Below are positions 10,624-21,854 of a stretch of 64,000 nucleotides of DNA, piece by piece; the first letter of the stretch is position 1; every line of letters starts with the position of its first letter. The stretch covers positions 44,404 through 108,403 of the forward strand of contig JBNKIR010000041.1 of assembly GCA_050290785.1 (NCBI GenBank), given 5' to 3'. This DNA comes from Sedimenticolaceae bacterium. GTDB taxonomy: Bacteria > Pseudomonadota > Gammaproteobacteria > Chromatiales > Chromatiaceae. Under the pieces are notes generated by a model, which saw nothing but the letters and a program-made list of their open reading frames with translations, was not told the origin of the DNA and searched no databases. A program made the position numbers and the translations under genes.

Positions 10624-12897
10624 CTACTCTTCAACCGGTTCGCTGAATGAGCAATCCTGTTGCGGACAGACCCTCTCTGTACCCTTGCGCTTAGTGGTCT
10701 TGATGGTGAGTATGGGCCAGCCGCAACTGGGACAGGGTCCTGCTATCGGCTCATTCCAGGTGGCGTAGTCACAATCCGGATAGCCGGAACATGAGAAGAA
10801 GATCTTTCCACGCCTGGATTTGCGCTGCATCATGGTGCCACTATTGCACTTGGGACAGGTAACACCTGTATCCTTTGGTTTCTCCAGGGGTTCGATATGG
10901 CGGCAGTCAGGATAGCTGGAACAGCCGATGAATTTACCATATTTGCCCCGCTTGATAACCAGATCTGAGTTACAGTCAGGGCATTTTCTACCCTCGACGA
11001 TCTCTGGCTCTTCCTCAGCACCATTGCCATTCAGATCCCTGGTGTAGTCGCACTCCGGATAGTTGGTGCAGCCGATAAAGCGGCCGTGTCTTCCCAGACG
11101 GATGGAGAGAGGTTTGCCACATTGCGGGCACTCTTCATCCATGGCCTCATGGGTGACATCACTGCGTTTGACGTTCTCTTCGGTGTGATCAATCTGTTTC
11201 TTGAATGGGGTCCAGAATTTATCCAGTAGGGGCACCCACTCCTCTTCGCCGCGGGCGACCGCATCAAGTTCGTCCTCCAGATCGGCGGTGAACCCATAGT
11301 CCACATAGCGTGTGAAATAGTTGGTGAGGAACTTGTTTACCACCCTGCCCACGTCTGTGGGGTAAAAGCGTTTCTTCTCCAGTTCCACATATTCACGGTC
11401 CTGCAGGGTGGAGATGATGGAGGCATAGGTGGAGGGACGGCCTATGCCATGCTCCTCCAGGGCCTTGACCAGGCTGGCCTCGCTATAGCGGGGTGGTGGC
11501 TCGGTGAAGTGTTGCTCCGGGCGTATGGCCTGCAACGCCAGCTCTTCACCCTCCTCCAGTGGCGGAAGGATCTTCTCGTCATCCTTGTCCTTGGCTGCGT
11601 CGTCCACATCTTCCATGTAGACCGCCATGAATCCCGGATTGGCAATGGTGGATCCATTTGCCCGGAACATATTGCCGGCCCCGCAACTGAGGTCTGCAGT
11701 AACTGTGTTTATGGTGGCGTGGATCATCTGGCAGGCCAGAGTGCGCTTCCATACCAGTTCGTATAGTCGGAACTGATCCTTGGTTAGATGCTCCTTCAGC
11801 TCATCGGGGGTATGCCGAATGGAGGTGGTGCGGATGGCCTCGTGTGCCTCCTGGGCGTTCTTGGCCTTGGTCTTGTACTGCTGTGGTTGGGCCGGGAGGT
11901 TCTCGCTACCAAAGCGTTCGGCGATAAAATCCCGTAACTCCACCACGGCATCGTCCGACAGATTTACCGAGTCGGTACGCATGTAGGTGATGAGACCGAT
12001 GGCCCCACTGCCCGTATCTATACCTTCATATAGTTGCTGGGCGGTGCGCATGGTGCGCTGGGTGGTGAATCCCAGCTTACGGGCCGCCTCCTGTTGCAGG
12101 GTGGAGGTGGTAAATGGGGCGGCCGGGTTACGTTTGCGCTGCCTCTTCTGTACCTTCTCAACCAGAAGCTTCCCGGCTGCGGCATCGATCAGATTGCGCT
12201 CCGCCTCTCTGGCGCTCGTCTCGTCGGTGATGCTGAACTGTTCCAGCTTGCTATCCTGATAGTGGGTTAGCTTGGCGCTGAATCCCTGTTTCTCTTTTAG
12301 CAGATCCGCCTCAATGGTCCAGTACTCCTGGCTGATGAAGGCCTCGATCTCCTCTTCACGTTCCACGATCATGCGCAGGGCTGGGCTCTGTACCCGGCCG
12401 GCGGAAAGGCCGCGTCTGACCTTTTTCCACAGCAAGGGAGAGAGGTTAAACCCCACCAGATAGTCCAGGGCGCGGCGGGCCTGCTGGGCGTTGACCAGAT
12501 CCATGGATATATCTCTGGGATGGTCTACGGCGTCCTGCACCGCCTTTTTGGTGATCTCATTAAAGACCACCCTATGCACCGCCTTGTCTTTAAGATGACG
12601 CCTGCTCTTAAGCAGTTCCAACAGATGCCAGGAGATGGCCTCACCTTCGCGATCCGGGTCGGTTGCCAGATAGAGGGCATCGGCCTTCTTCAGCGCCTTG
12701 GATATGGCCTGGACATGACGCTCGTTCTTTTCGATCGCCTGGTACTTCATCCTGAACTGATCGTCCGGATCGACCGCACCACTCTTTGGAATCAGATCGC
12801 GCACATGACCGTAGGAGGCGAGGACTTCAAACTCCTTGCCTAGATACTTTTTTATAGTTTTCGCCTTTGCGGGAGATTCGACTATTACCAGATTCAT
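10624..12897 (-). CDS. topA: DNA topoisomerase I
   Basis: 757 aa with a TOPRIM N-terminus (MNLVIVESPAKAKTIKKYLG), an active-site region and C-terminal Cys4 zinc ribbons. Confidence 0.95.
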   Translation of the reverse strand: MNLVIVESPAKAKTIKKYLGKEFEVLASYGHVRDLIPKSGAVDPDDQFRMKYQAIEKNERHVQAISKALKKADALYLATDPDREGEAISWHLLELLKSRRHLKDKAVHRVVFNEITKKAVQDAVDHPRDISMDLVNAQQARRALDYLVGFNLSPLLWKKVRRGLSAGRVQSPALRMIVEREEEIEAFISQEYWTIEADLLKEKQGFSAKLTHYQDSKLEQFSITDETSAREAERNLIDAAAGKLLVEKVQKRQRKRNPAAPFTTSTLQQEAARKLGFTTQRTMRTAQQLYEGIDTGSGAIGLITYMRTDSVNLSDDAVVELRDFIAERFGSENLPAQPQQYKTKAKNAQEAHEAIRTTSIRHTPDELKEHLTKDQFRLYELVWKRTLACQMIHATINTVTADLSCGAGNMFRANGSTIANPGFMAVYMEDVDDAAKDKDDEKILPPLEEGEELALQAIRPEQHFTEPPPRYSEASLVKALEEHGIGRPSTYASIISTLQDREYVELEKKRFYPTDVGRVVNKFLTNYFTRYVDYGFTADLEDELDAVARGEEEWVPLLDKFWTPFKKQIDHTEENVKRSDVTHEAMDEECPQCGKPLSIRLGRHGRFIGCTNYPECDYTRDLNGNGAEEEPEIVEGRKCPDCNSDLVIKRGKYGKFIGCSSYPDCRHIEPLEKPKDTGVTCPKCNSGTMMQRKSRRGKIFFSCSGYPDCDYATWNEPIAGPCPSCGWPILTIKTTKRKGTERVCPQQDCSFSEPVEE

Positions 12898-13004
12898 GAG
12901 GTCTACAGGTCAGAGGATCTAATGTGGTTGGTTCTATATATAGTTTAAGTTAGCCGGTTTTGCGTTATTAATTGTGGATAACGGGAGTCAATATAGTTGA
13001 CAGA

Positions 13005-13481
13005 CTAGTGTAGATAGAGTGGCTGATCGTTATAGACCAGATCTTCCATCTGGGCAAAAGCCGTCTCTTGTCCCGGTTGATTCATGAGCACCATAAGTAC
13101 GACCCACTTTAGATCGTCCACCTTGATCACCTGGGAATCAAGGGCCATGGCTCTCTCTATTACAAACTCGCGATTGGCCTGATCCAGGATGTTATTCTGT
13201 TCCAAAAACAGCAACAGACCACGGCAGTTGTGATCCATTCTGGCAATTTCCTGATCTGTATAGATCCGGATGGAGCTCTCGGTTTGCGGTCTAAGATTGC
13301 CGGAATCCCTCTGCAACGCCAGCTCATCCAGCCATTGAAAGGCCTTGTATATCTCGTCTTCCGGGAATCCCGCTGCCACCAGCTCTTCGTGCAGGTCTTC
13401 CTGGCTGGAGGGGGACGGCTGGTCGCTATCCATATAGTTTTCATAGAGATATATCAGGATATCGACTACATTCTCGTTCAT
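13005..13481 (-). CDS. smg: Smg protein (DUF494)
   Basis: 158 aa with the N-terminus VVDILIYLYENYMD, in the conserved dprA-smg-topA order. Confidence 0.85.
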   Translation of the reverse strand: MNENVVDILIYLYENYMDSDQPSPSSQEDLHEELVAAGFPEDEIYKAFQWLDELALQRDSGNLRPQTESSIRIYTDQEIARMDHNCRGLLLFLEQNNILDQANREFVIERAMALDSQVIKVDDLKWVVLMVLMNQPGQETAFAQMEDLVYNDQPLYLH

Positions 13482-13490
13482 TTAATAGGC

Positions 13491-14696
13491 CTAGGTTATC
13501 TCTGTCATTCCGTCCTGTCCTGGTGCGGTTTGACCGGTGTTTAGTGCGTTTGTTCCTGTGCGGCAGTATATGCCGCCGGGCGCAGATGATACATGACCTT
13601 CCAGTTCAAGCAAAATCAGCATGGAGGAAACTTCCTCCGCAGTCAATCCGCTGCGCTCAATTAACAGATCGGCATGTACCGGATCGAAACCCATACACGC
13701 CAGCAAGCGCTGATAATCGGGATCCAGCGACCGTGCAGGGTCGGATCCCAGTGTTTCCCCCATTTCTGTATTTGGAATCAGGTGCATGATATGCGGGGCG
13801 AGCTCTTCCAGGATGTCGCCAGCGGTCTCCACCAGCTTTGCCCCCTGGCGTATGAGGCTGTGGCAGCCTCGGGCCAAGGGGTTATGGATGGATCCTGGTA
13901 TGGCGAATACCTCCCGACCCTGTTCCGATGCCAACCGGGCCGTGATCAGGGAGCCGCTCTTTTGTGCGGCCTCCACTACCAGCGTGCCTAGGCTCAGGCC
14001 GCTGATTATGCGATTACGCCGCGGAAAATTGCCGGGCCTGACCTCTGTCCCTGGTGGAAATTCCGATACCAGGACCCCCTTTTCAGCAATGCTATGGGCG
14101 AGCTGGTGCTGACGTGCCGGATATACCCGGTCCAGGCCAGTACCGGTAACGGCGACGGTTAACCCCCCGGCCTCCAGGGCACCAGAGTGACAGATACCAT
14201 CTATGCCTATGGCTAGGCCGCTGGTAATGGTGATTCCGGATACGGCGAGGTGATAGGCAAACTCCCGTGCCGTCTCCTGGCCGGATATGCTGGGATTACG
14301 TGAGCCCACCATGGCCAGTTGCGGGGTTGAGAGTATCTCCGGGTCCCCTGTCAAAAAGAGTATAGGCGGAGGATTGTGGATCTCTTTTAACAGTGTCGGA
14401 TAGAGGGGATCTCTTATCGTGATCAGATGGTTGTTATCTTGTTCCGCCCAGCGCAGATCATTCTCCACCGCTCCCCAGTCGGGATTGCGCAGGTACCCCC
14501 TTAGGCCATCGTTTAGGTCTCCAACATAGGGGCTAGAACTAGAGGTAGCAAACAGATGTTCAGGCTCTCCGGCCCGAACCAGGAGTCGATGGTAGTTGAC
14601 GCTGCCTATGCCTGGAGCATGTAGCAGCGCCAACCAGTATTTAAGTTCCTTGTCGTCTTGCGGTAGGACCTCTACCTCCTCGAGTCGCCGATCCAT
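13491..14696 (-). CDS. dprA: DNA-processing protein DprA
   Basis: 401 aa with a DprA Rossmann-like core (VVSGLAIGIDG..., FPRRNRIISGLS) and conserved synteny. Confidence 0.92.
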   Translation of the reverse strand: MDRRLEEVEVLPQDDKELKYWLALLHAPGIGSVNYHRLLVRAGEPEHLFATSSSSPYVGDLNDGLRGYLRNPDWGAVENDLRWAEQDNNHLITIRDPLYPTLLKEIHNPPPILFLTGDPEILSTPQLAMVGSRNPSISGQETAREFAYHLAVSGITITSGLAIGIDGICHSGALEAGGLTVAVTGTGLDRVYPARQHQLAHSIAEKGVLVSEFPPGTEVRPGNFPRRNRIISGLSLGTLVVEAAQKSGSLITARLASEQGREVFAIPGSIHNPLARGCHSLIRQGAKLVETAGDILEELAPHIMHLIPNTEMGETLGSDPARSLDPDYQRLLACMGFDPVHADLLIERSGLTAEEVSSMLILLELEGHVSSAPGGIYCRTGTNALNTGQTAPGQDGMTEIT

Positions 14697-14716
14697 CAGC
14701 TGCCATGTTTCAAATA

Positions 14717-15805
14717 TTAGGGATTACGCACCCTGTCGTTTACATGCAGCGCCTTGCTTGCAGCCATCACCAGACCAAAGCTCACCCTGGGGAAGGTGCG
14801 AAATACCATCAGCGTTCCCGCCTTTTCGTCCGGCAGTTGTATTGTGTCAGAGCTGATCTCGGTCACCGTATCTCTGACCAATTCCCCTTTTTGGTCGATG
14901 GTAAGCACCGTCCCTACCTCAATCCCATCTACCTGGCCACGGTCGATTATCACCACATTATATTGACCGATCTGGGTTACCCCATTCAAGACACCAATGA
15001 TGCTGCCGTGAACATCATGCTTCGGAGGCTTGGGAAAGAAAGTGGTAATTGGCTTGTCCTCAACCGCCGGGATAAGCCGGTCACCCTTAAGTATCTCCAG
15101 TTCAGAGGTCTCAATAAATATGGTTGCAGGTTCGCCAACCCGCTGTAGTACCGAAGAGGCAATAAATAGCGCTTCATGTCCCAGGATCTCGCCAGTCAAT
15201 GCATCACGATAGGGCTTGCCTGGACGCACCACATCAAATTTCCTGTGTTCCGCATCCGTGATTGACTTGACATAGGCCCTAAATCCGGCCCCTCCCGCAA
15301 TATGCTCATCGGCGAAATCCACTATGTATGGGGCATTATCAAGCTGCGCCTTATCTGCAACATAAGGTCTACTCAAAAATTGCTGGATTGCATCGATAGG
15401 AATGGCCGGTATAGCCTTAGGTATCTCAGAGGTGCGGACCTTGGGCGACAGCTTGACCACCGAGCCTTTCAGGTCTTCTGTAGCTGCAGTGGTATTAGAG
15501 ACCCCGGATACCTCCCTTTCCGCTACTGTAATTTGCGGTTTCCCATCCACGAAACTAAGCACCAGGGTGTCACCCGGATATATCAGGTGTGGGTTCTGTA
15601 TCTGGGGATTGACCTGCCAGACATCTGGCCAGCGCCATGGCTCATTGAGGAATCTTCCGGCTATATCCCAAAGAGTATCGCCCTTGACCACCACATACCT
15701 GTCCGGGTGGTCCGGGTTTAGTGTTGGTTGCCCCGCGGCTATGGCGGCACATGAAAAGATCAGGCCCAAGAAAAAGCCGGTCAGCTTATTAATAGACTTT
15801 GGCAT
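14717..15805 (-). CDS. LysM peptidoglycan-binding protein (TsaP-like)
   Basis: Signal peptide plus a LysM domain (YVVVKGDTLWDIAGRFLNEPWRWPDVWQVNPQIQNPHLIYPGDTLVL). It sits in the position divergent from def that TsaP-like genes occupy. The ATG at 15805 follows an AAGGGA Shine-Dalgarno sequence, and the ORF is open to 15847. Confidence 0.8.
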   Translation of the reverse strand: MPKSINKLTGFFLGLIFSCAAIAAGQPTLNPDHPDRYVVVKGDTLWDIAGRFLNEPWRWPDVWQVNPQIQNPHLIYPGDTLVLSFVDGKPQITVAEREVSGVSNTTAATEDLKGSVVKLSPKVRTSEIPKAIPAIPIDAIQQFLSRPYVADKAQLDNAPYIVDFADEHIAGGAGFRAYVKSITDAEHRKFDVVRPGKPYRDALTGEILGHEALFIASSVLQRVGEPATIFIETSELEILKGDRLIPAVEDKPITTFFPKPPKHDVHGSIIGVLNGVTQIGQYNVVIIDRGQVDGIEVGTVLTIDQKGELVRDTVTEISSDTIQLPDEKAGTLMVFRTFPRVSFGLVMAASKALHVNDRVRNP

Positions 15806-16097
15806 GGCGATCCCTTTGTAGTGATTGCTATTTGATTTAGATTCCAATATTAAGCCGGATTCGAGTTATATGTCGGAACTAGAATCCAGTATCTTCATAA
15901 TGTTAGCGCATATTTCTAAACTATACTATAACCTATATCAAGTCGCGCTTCATGCCTAAATAACACAATTTGCGAACTCTATCTGAGTTTATTCTGTCCA
16001 GTAAGTAAGGAATATCTGGTTTTTACGTGATTTTTTTTGCTCGCTACGGAACAATACCGCAATTAATCCGTTTTTATGTCGAGATGTTGGAGACCCG

Positions 16098-16604
16098 ATG
16101 CCCATACTAGAAATTTTGCATTACCCTGATTCCAGGCTGAGAAATCAGGCAAATCCGGTTGAGGAGTTTGATCAGAAGCTCAAGGATCTCGTCGCCAGCA
16201 TGCTCGAAACCATGTACCACTCCGCAGGCATTGGACTTGCAGCCACCCAGGTTGGGGTTTCCCTGAGGGTCATCGTAATCGACGTCTCTGAGACCAGAGA
16301 TCAGCCGCTCTGCCTTATCAACCCTGAGATTCTGGAGCATGAAGGGGAAAGGGAGTCAGAAGAGGGATGCCTGTCGGTACCGGAGATATACGAGAAGGTG
16401 ACCCGTGCGGAGAGAATCAAGGTAAGGGCCAAAGACCTAAATGGGGACGCCATGGAAATGGATGCCGAAGGAATGCTGGCGGTATGTCTCCAGCATGAGA
16501 TAGATCATCTGGACGGAAAACTGTTTATAGATTATCTGTCCGGGCTGAAACGTCAGCGTATCCGCAAGAAGCTGGAAAAAGAGGCGCGTCTGGCCCAGGC
16601 GTAA
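16098..16604 (+). CDS. def: Peptide deformylase
   Basis: 168 aa with [13 protein letters not shown] and HEIDHL motifs. Confidence 0.95.
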   Translation: MPILEILHYPDSRLRNQANPVEEFDQKLKDLVASMLETMYHSAGIGLAATQVGVSLRVIVIDVSETRDQPLCLINPEILEHEGERESEEGCLSVPEIYEKVTRAERIKVRAKDLNGDAMEMDAEGMLAVCLQHEIDHLDGKLFIDYLSGLKRQRIRKKLEKEARLAQA

Positions 16605-16666
16605 GCAGCAAGCGTTTTACCCCTTCTCTATTGCTGTGCCGCAGATGGCAGAGACAAGGAATAATA

Positions 16667-17608
16667 ATGACCCAACCCTTGAACATCATATTTGCCGGAA
16701 CGCCGGAATTTTCTGTGCCGCCTCTAGCTGCCCTGCTCGAATCAGGGCACAGAGTCATCGCCGTCTACACCCAGCCGGATCGTCCTGCGGGCAGGGGGCG
16801 CAAGCTGACGGCAAGTCCGGTCAAGCAGCTGGCGCTGGAGCACGCCATTCCGGTCTACCAACCAAAAAACTTCAAAGACGAATCCGATCTATCGAAGTTT
16901 GAAGGCCTGAATGCAGACCTGATGGTGGTGGTGGCCTATGGCCTGCTCCTGCCGCAACGGATTCTGGATGCCCCACGCCTGGGCTGTATCAATATCCACG
17001 CCTCCCTGCTGCCGCGCTGGCGTGGCGCGGCACCGATCCAGCGTTCCATCCTGGCCGGTGATATAAAGACCGGTATAACCATCATGCAGATGGATGCAGG
17101 ACTGGACACCGGGCCGATGCTGTTAAAGAAGGGCTGTCCTATCGAGGCCGATGATAGCGGCGGGACACTGCACGACCGCCTGTCGCTGCTAGGCGCAGAG
17201 GCGTTGCTGGAGGCATTGCCCGGTATTGCCGATGGGAATATTGAGGCCGAACCACAGGACGACAGCCAGGCGAAATATGCCGCAAAACTGGATAAGAGAG
17301 AGGCGATTATCGACTGGACCCGCAGCGCGGAAGAACTAAGCAGACAGGTGCGGGCATTCGATCCCTGGCCGGTAGCGCAGACCGCTTATGCAGACAAGGT
17401 GCTGCGTATATGGGAGGGGAGCCCTCTGTCCGGGGGAGATGGCGCCAGGCCCGGAGAGGTGGTCTCATGTGGCAAAGAGGGAATAGATGTGGCCACGGGC
17501 GACGGTCTGCTGCGAATCAAGAGATTACAGCTACCGGGTAAACGCGCCATGAGTGCAGCCGATTTTCTCAACGCCCAGGTATTGGATGGGGTGATACTTG
17601 GGCAATAG
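16667..17608 (+). CDS. fmt: Methionyl-tRNA formyltransferase
   Basis: N-terminus [14 protein letters not shown] and an [14 protein letters not shown] motif. The ATG at 16667 follows AAGGA, and the ORF is open from 16631. Confidence 0.95.
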   Translation: MTQPLNIIFAGTPEFSVPPLAALLESGHRVIAVYTQPDRPAGRGRKLTASPVKQLALEHAIPVYQPKNFKDESDLSKFEGLNADLMVVVAYGLLLPQRILDAPRLGCINIHASLLPRWRGAAPIQRSILAGDIKTGITIMQMDAGLDTGPMLLKKGCPIEADDSGGTLHDRLSLLGAEALLEALPGIADGNIEAEPQDDSQAKYAAKLDKREAIIDWTRSAEELSRQVRAFDPWPVAQTAYADKVLRIWEGSPLSGGDGARPGEVVSCGKEGIDVATGDGLLRIKRLQLPGKRAMSAADFLNAQVLDGVILGQ

Positions 17609-18956
17609 ACAAAATTCAGCAGGAGACCACAAGACCAGATCAAACCCTAGTGGCGGGTCGGGTGGGGCGCGAGTCCAGGCTGCCAGGATAATCTTAAGGG
17701 TGGCGGACGGCGCATCACTCTCTGATGTGTTGGCGCAGCGCCTATCCGACATACCTGTGCGGGACCGGGCCTTGGTCCAGGAATTATGTTACGGCGTATC
17801 GCGCTGGTGGCTGCGTCTGCAGTGGCTCACACAAAATCTGCTAGAGAAACCCCTGAAGAGGAGGGACCGGGATCTGGAGGTACTGATACTGGTCGGGCTG
17901 TATCAACTACTCTATATGCGAACCCCTCCCCATGCAGCCGTTGCGGAGACGGTTGAAGGTACCAAGGGACTGGGCAAATCCTGGGCCTCTGGTCTGGTAA
18001 ACGGTGTCCTACGCAACTTCATGCGTAAACAGGATGATCTGCTGGCGGCCATTGCCGATGATATCTCCGCCGATCTGTCCTGTCCGCAGTGGCTATTAGA
18101 CGAGGTCAGGGCTGCATGGCCGGACAGATGGCGCCCGATCCTGGAGGCGGTCAATCACCGGCCTCCGATGAGTCTGCGGGTAAATCTGAAACAGTGCACC
18201 AGGAAGGACTACGTAGCAAGGCTGAAGGATAGATCGATCACCGCCAGACCGATCCCTGGGGTTGAGTCGGGTCTGGTGTTGGATCAAGCCCTGGATGTCT
18301 TCGAACTGCCCGGATTTTCGGATGGGGCGGTCTCGGTCCAGGATGGCGGGGCCCAGCTTGCCGCCGCCCTCATGGCCCCGAAGCCAGGGCAGGAGGTTTT
18401 GGATCTCTGTGCAGCACCAGGTGGCAAGACCTGCCATATCCTGGAGACGGCCTCGGACGACATAGCCATGACCGCGGTGGATGTCAGTGCCGAGCGACTG
18501 CAAAGGGTGCAGGAAAACCTGGATCGCCTTGGGCTCAAGGCCAATCTCCAGACTGGTGATGCGACGGAGACACAGGGGGCCTGGGCGCAACAACGGTACG
18601 ATCGAATCCTGTTGGATGTCCCCTGCTCAGCCACAGGCGTGATCAGGCGCCATCCGGACATCAAATTGTTGAGACGTAGTGATGACATCATCTCTTTGGC
18701 GCAGTTGCAGCGAAAGATATTTAACTCCGCATGGTCGCTGCTGAAACCTGGAGGCATCCTGGTATATGCCACATGCTCTCTGCTGCCACAGGAGAATGAG
18801 GAACAGATTGGACATTTTCTGTCTAACTATCCGGATATATCGGAATTGGCCATAGAAGGGTGCTGGGGGCATCCACGCCGTTTTGGACGACAGACCATTC
18901 CAGGTGAAGACACAATGGACGGGTTCTACTATGCACGACTGCAGAAGGGATGCTGA
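17598..18956 (+). CDS. rsmB: 16S rRNA (cytosine967-C5)-methyltransferase
   Basis: 452 aa with a NusB-like N-terminus, a SAM motif ([10 protein letters not shown]) and catalytic DVPCSATG...ATCS. Confidence 0.92.
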   Translation: MGNRQNSAGDHKTRSNPSGGSGGARVQAARIILRVADGASLSDVLAQRLSDIPVRDRALVQELCYGVSRWWLRLQWLTQNLLEKPLKRRDRDLEVLILVGLYQLLYMRTPPHAAVAETVEGTKGLGKSWASGLVNGVLRNFMRKQDDLLAAIADDISADLSCPQWLLDEVRAAWPDRWRPILEAVNHRPPMSLRVNLKQCTRKDYVARLKDRSITARPIPGVESGLVLDQALDVFELPGFSDGAVSVQDGGAQLAAALMAPKPGQEVLDLCAAPGGKTCHILETASDDIAMTAVDVSAERLQRVQENLDRLGLKANLQTGDATETQGAWAQQRYDRILLDVPCSATGVIRRHPDIKLLRRSDDIISLAQLQRKIFNSAWSLLKPGGILVYATCSLLPQENEEQIGHFLSNYPDISELAIEGCWGHPRRFGRQTIPGEDTMDGFYYARLQKGC

Positions 18957-19035
18957 GACAGAGTTATGCGGATTTGGTGGCGTTTTGTTGTATCATTCAA
19001 ACAACATAGGTTCCTGGAACCAAAAAGGAAAATAA

Positions 19036-19617
19036 TTGCTACCTTTCTCTCTGCAACATAATCGTATTCTGAAGACCGGACCTTGGGTGCTGCTATTTGC
19101 GTTGCTGTCTCCAATGGCGTCCCAAGCGGCTGATTACAAGATACTCAATCAGACCTGCCGCTCCTCAGAGGAGGCCTTCGTTCTGGATGCAAATATAGAC
19201 TACAACTTTTCAGATAAGGTGATTGAGGCGCTGCAGAACGGCGTGCCCATCACCCTGGAATTGCACCTGCAGGTAAGAAAGAAAGGTGCCTGGCTGTGGG
19301 AAAAGGACCTGCTGGACACCCGCCTGCGTTACCAGATTCGTTATCATGCCCTGGCCTCGGTATATCAGGTGGTTGATCTGCAGAATGACAGCCAGGAGAG
19401 CTTCGTAACCCGAGAGATTGCAATCACCGCCCTCGGTGATATCCAGTCTATGCCTGTGATCAGGCATGATCAGATGGAAAATGGCAAGATCTATACCGTG
19501 AGCCTGAAAACCTCATTGGATGTTGACGCCCTACCGCTTCCTCTGCGTCCTATCGCATACCTTTCACCTTCCTGGAATCAATCCAGCGAGTGGCGTTCAT
19601 GCCTAATCCGTCGGTAG
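19036..19617 (+). CDS. DUF4390-like secreted protein
   Basis: 193 aa with a signal peptide. It sits between rsmB and an ntrY-like kinase, the position DUF4390 genes usually occupy. The family assignment is from memory. Confidence 0.65.
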   Translation: MLPFSLQHNRILKTGPWVLLFALLSPMASQAADYKILNQTCRSSEEAFVLDANIDYNFSDKVIEALQNGVPITLELHLQVRKKGAWLWEKDLLDTRLRYQIRYHALASVYQVVDLQNDSQESFVTREIAITALGDIQSMPVIRHDQMENGKIYTVSLKTSLDVDALPLPLRPIAYLSPSWNQSSEWRSCLIRR

Positions 19618-21854
19618 GAAAGATCACTTCCAGGGCCCTCCCTGTCATAGCGTTGCTGGGACTGCTGCTCGTGGCCCTGCACCTGATGAGCAGCGCCGTG
19701 CAGAATTCGGAAGAGCTGGACAGCCTGTTCATCCCGCTACTGTTGTTCACCCTGGTGGGAATGTTCCTGCTGGTGGCACTGGTGGTAGTAAACATCGTAG
19801 GCCTGGTAAAACGCTATCGCAGTCACGAGGCCGGATCACGTCTGACCTTGCGTTTGGTTACCATATTTGTCGCTCTCTCTCTGGTCCCTGTGGCTGTTGT
19901 CTATTTCTACTCACAGCAGTTTTTGCTGCATGGCATCGATAACTGGTTTGATGTGAGGATAGATAAGGCGATGGAAGATGCCCTGGGTCTGAGTAAGAAA
20001 TCCCTGGATCTGCATCGTCGGGAAAAGTTACGCAGCACCAAAAGGATCTTGTCCGATATGGACGCGGTGTCCGTGCCCGGCATGAGTCTCAGTTTGGAGG
20101 AGATGCGTGATCGTTACGGCGCCTCTGAACTGATCCTCATAGACAGCAAAACCTTCGGGGTAATTGCCAGCAGTAATGCAGACCCCTCGGTGCTGGTTCC
20201 TGATGTTCCGGACATGTCTATCCTGCAACAGGTACTGGATGGAGGCGAATATATCGGTCTGGCCCCTATGGGAGAGACATCACTGCTGCATTTGCGCGTG
20301 GTGGTCACAGATGCATTTCGTCCGGTCATCCTGCAGGCCCTCTACCCCACCACTGACACCATCAGCGGCCTGTCGGAAGAGGTACAGCGTGCCTACAACC
20401 ATTACAAGGAACTGGCATACCTGCGGGAAAGCATTAAGAGCACCTTTACCCTGACCCTGGCACTTGTCCTGCTGTTCAGCCTGTTTTCAGCGGTCTGGGC
20501 GGCATTCTTTACAGCAAGACGCCTGGTTGCCCCGGTGGCGGATATAGCGAAGGGCACCAAGGCGGTGGCAGACGGAGACTATAGCGGCCAACTGCCGGTA
20601 CCGAAGCACAAAGATGAGATAAGCACTCTCATAACATCCTTTAATACCATGACACAGCGTATTGCACAGGCGCGAGATCTGGCGGAGAACAGTCAGCGCC
20701 AGGTGGAGTCCCAGCGCGCCTATCTGGAGACGGTACTGAGTAATCTTTCATCTGGAGTTATGACCTTTGATCCCGACGGCACCCTGAGAACGGCCAACTA
20801 TGCGGCCAGTCTGATCCTGCAGGTGGATATGGCCGAGATGCAGGGCGAACGCCTGGATATCCTGGCGCGCAAATCAGGAAAGATGCAGCAATTTGTGGAT
20901 CTGCTGCAGGAACCGCTATCGGAGAAGGGACAAGACTGGCATGGAGAGATCATCCTCTATGGTAGCGAGGGACGACAGATACTGCATTGTCACAGTACTC
21001 CTTTGGCCGGACTGGGGGGGGATGCAAACAGCGGCCATGTCCTGGTGTTCGACGACATCACCACCCTGATAAAGGCCCAGAGGGACTCGGCCTGGGGTGA
21101 GGTGGCGCGCCGCCTGGCCCATGAGATCAAAAACCCACTCACACCCATACAGCTTGCAGCAGAGCGGTTACGCCATAAATATCTACGGCATATGGACGCA
21201 GCGGATGCTGCGGTATTGGACCGATCAACCCATACCATTGTGCAGCAGGTGGAGGCCATGAAAGAGATGGTCAACGCCTTCTCCGATTATGCCCGTCCAT
21301 CCAAGATGATGCCGGAACCCTTAATCCTAGATAATCTGGTATCAGAGATACTGGAATTATATCGTGACTCAGTTGCGGATATAGACCTGAAGTCAGATCT
21401 GGCATCAGATCAGGTTAAGATCGAGGCCGATCCAGTGCGCATACGACAGGTGGTGCATAATCTAGTGAAAAATGCCCAGGAGGCAGTGATGGAACAGGGG
21501 GGAGGTGAGATAAGTATCACCACCCGACAGGTGTTTGCAGCGGATGCACGTTTTGTAGAATTCCAGGTGTGTGACAATGGACCAGGATTTAGAGTCGAGA
21601 ATATGGCCAATCTGTTTGAACCCTACGTGACCACCAAGGCCAAGGGCACTGGTCTCGGACTTGCCATCGTGAAGAAGATAATTGAGGAGCATGGGGGTAT
21701 GATCTGGGCTGAGAACCGTAGTGAAGGCGGAGGCCTGGTCGCTTTTCGTCTGCCTATAATGACCGCTAATATAGATGTCGCGTACAGTTCCGGCACACAA
21801 CAATTCGAAGATGACGCCGCAAATAAAGAACAGAGATTGAGGAACAATAGATGA
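19590..21854 (+). CDS. ntrY: NtrY-like sensor histidine kinase (TM-HAMP-PAS-HisKA-HATPase)
   Basis: 754 aa with N-terminal TM helices, HAMP, PAS, an H-box (HEIKNPLTPI), and N/G boxes. Confidence 0.85.
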   Translation: MAFMPNPSVGKITSRALPVIALLGLLLVALHLMSSAVQNSEELDSLFIPLLLFTLVGMFLLVALVVVNIVGLVKRYRSHEAGSRLTLRLVTIFVALSLVPVAVVYFYSQQFLLHGIDNWFDVRIDKAMEDALGLSKKSLDLHRREKLRSTKRILSDMDAVSVPGMSLSLEEMRDRYGASELILIDSKTFGVIASSNADPSVLVPDVPDMSILQQVLDGGEYIGLAPMGETSLLHLRVVVTDAFRPVILQALYPTTDTISGLSEEVQRAYNHYKELAYLRESIKSTFTLTLALVLLFSLFSAVWAAFFTARRLVAPVADIAKGTKAVADGDYSGQLPVPKHKDEISTLITSFNTMTQRIAQARDLAENSQRQVESQRAYLETVLSNLSSGVMTFDPDGTLRTANYAASLILQVDMAEMQGERLDILARKSGKMQQFVDLLQEPLSEKGQDWHGEIILYGSEGRQILHCHSTPLAGLGGDANSGHVLVFDDITTLIKAQRDSAWGEVARRLAHEIKNPLTPIQLAAERLRHKYLRHMDAADAAVLDRSTHTIVQQVEAMKEMVNAFSDYARPSKMMPEPLILDNLVSEILELYRDSVADIDLKSDLASDQVKIEADPVRIRQVVHNLVKNAQEAVMEQGGGEISITTRQVFAADARFVEFQVCDNGPGFRVENMANLFEPYVTTKAKGTGLGLAIVKKIIEEHGGMIWAENRSEGGGLVAFRLPIMTANIDVAYSSGTQQFEDDAANKEQRLRNNR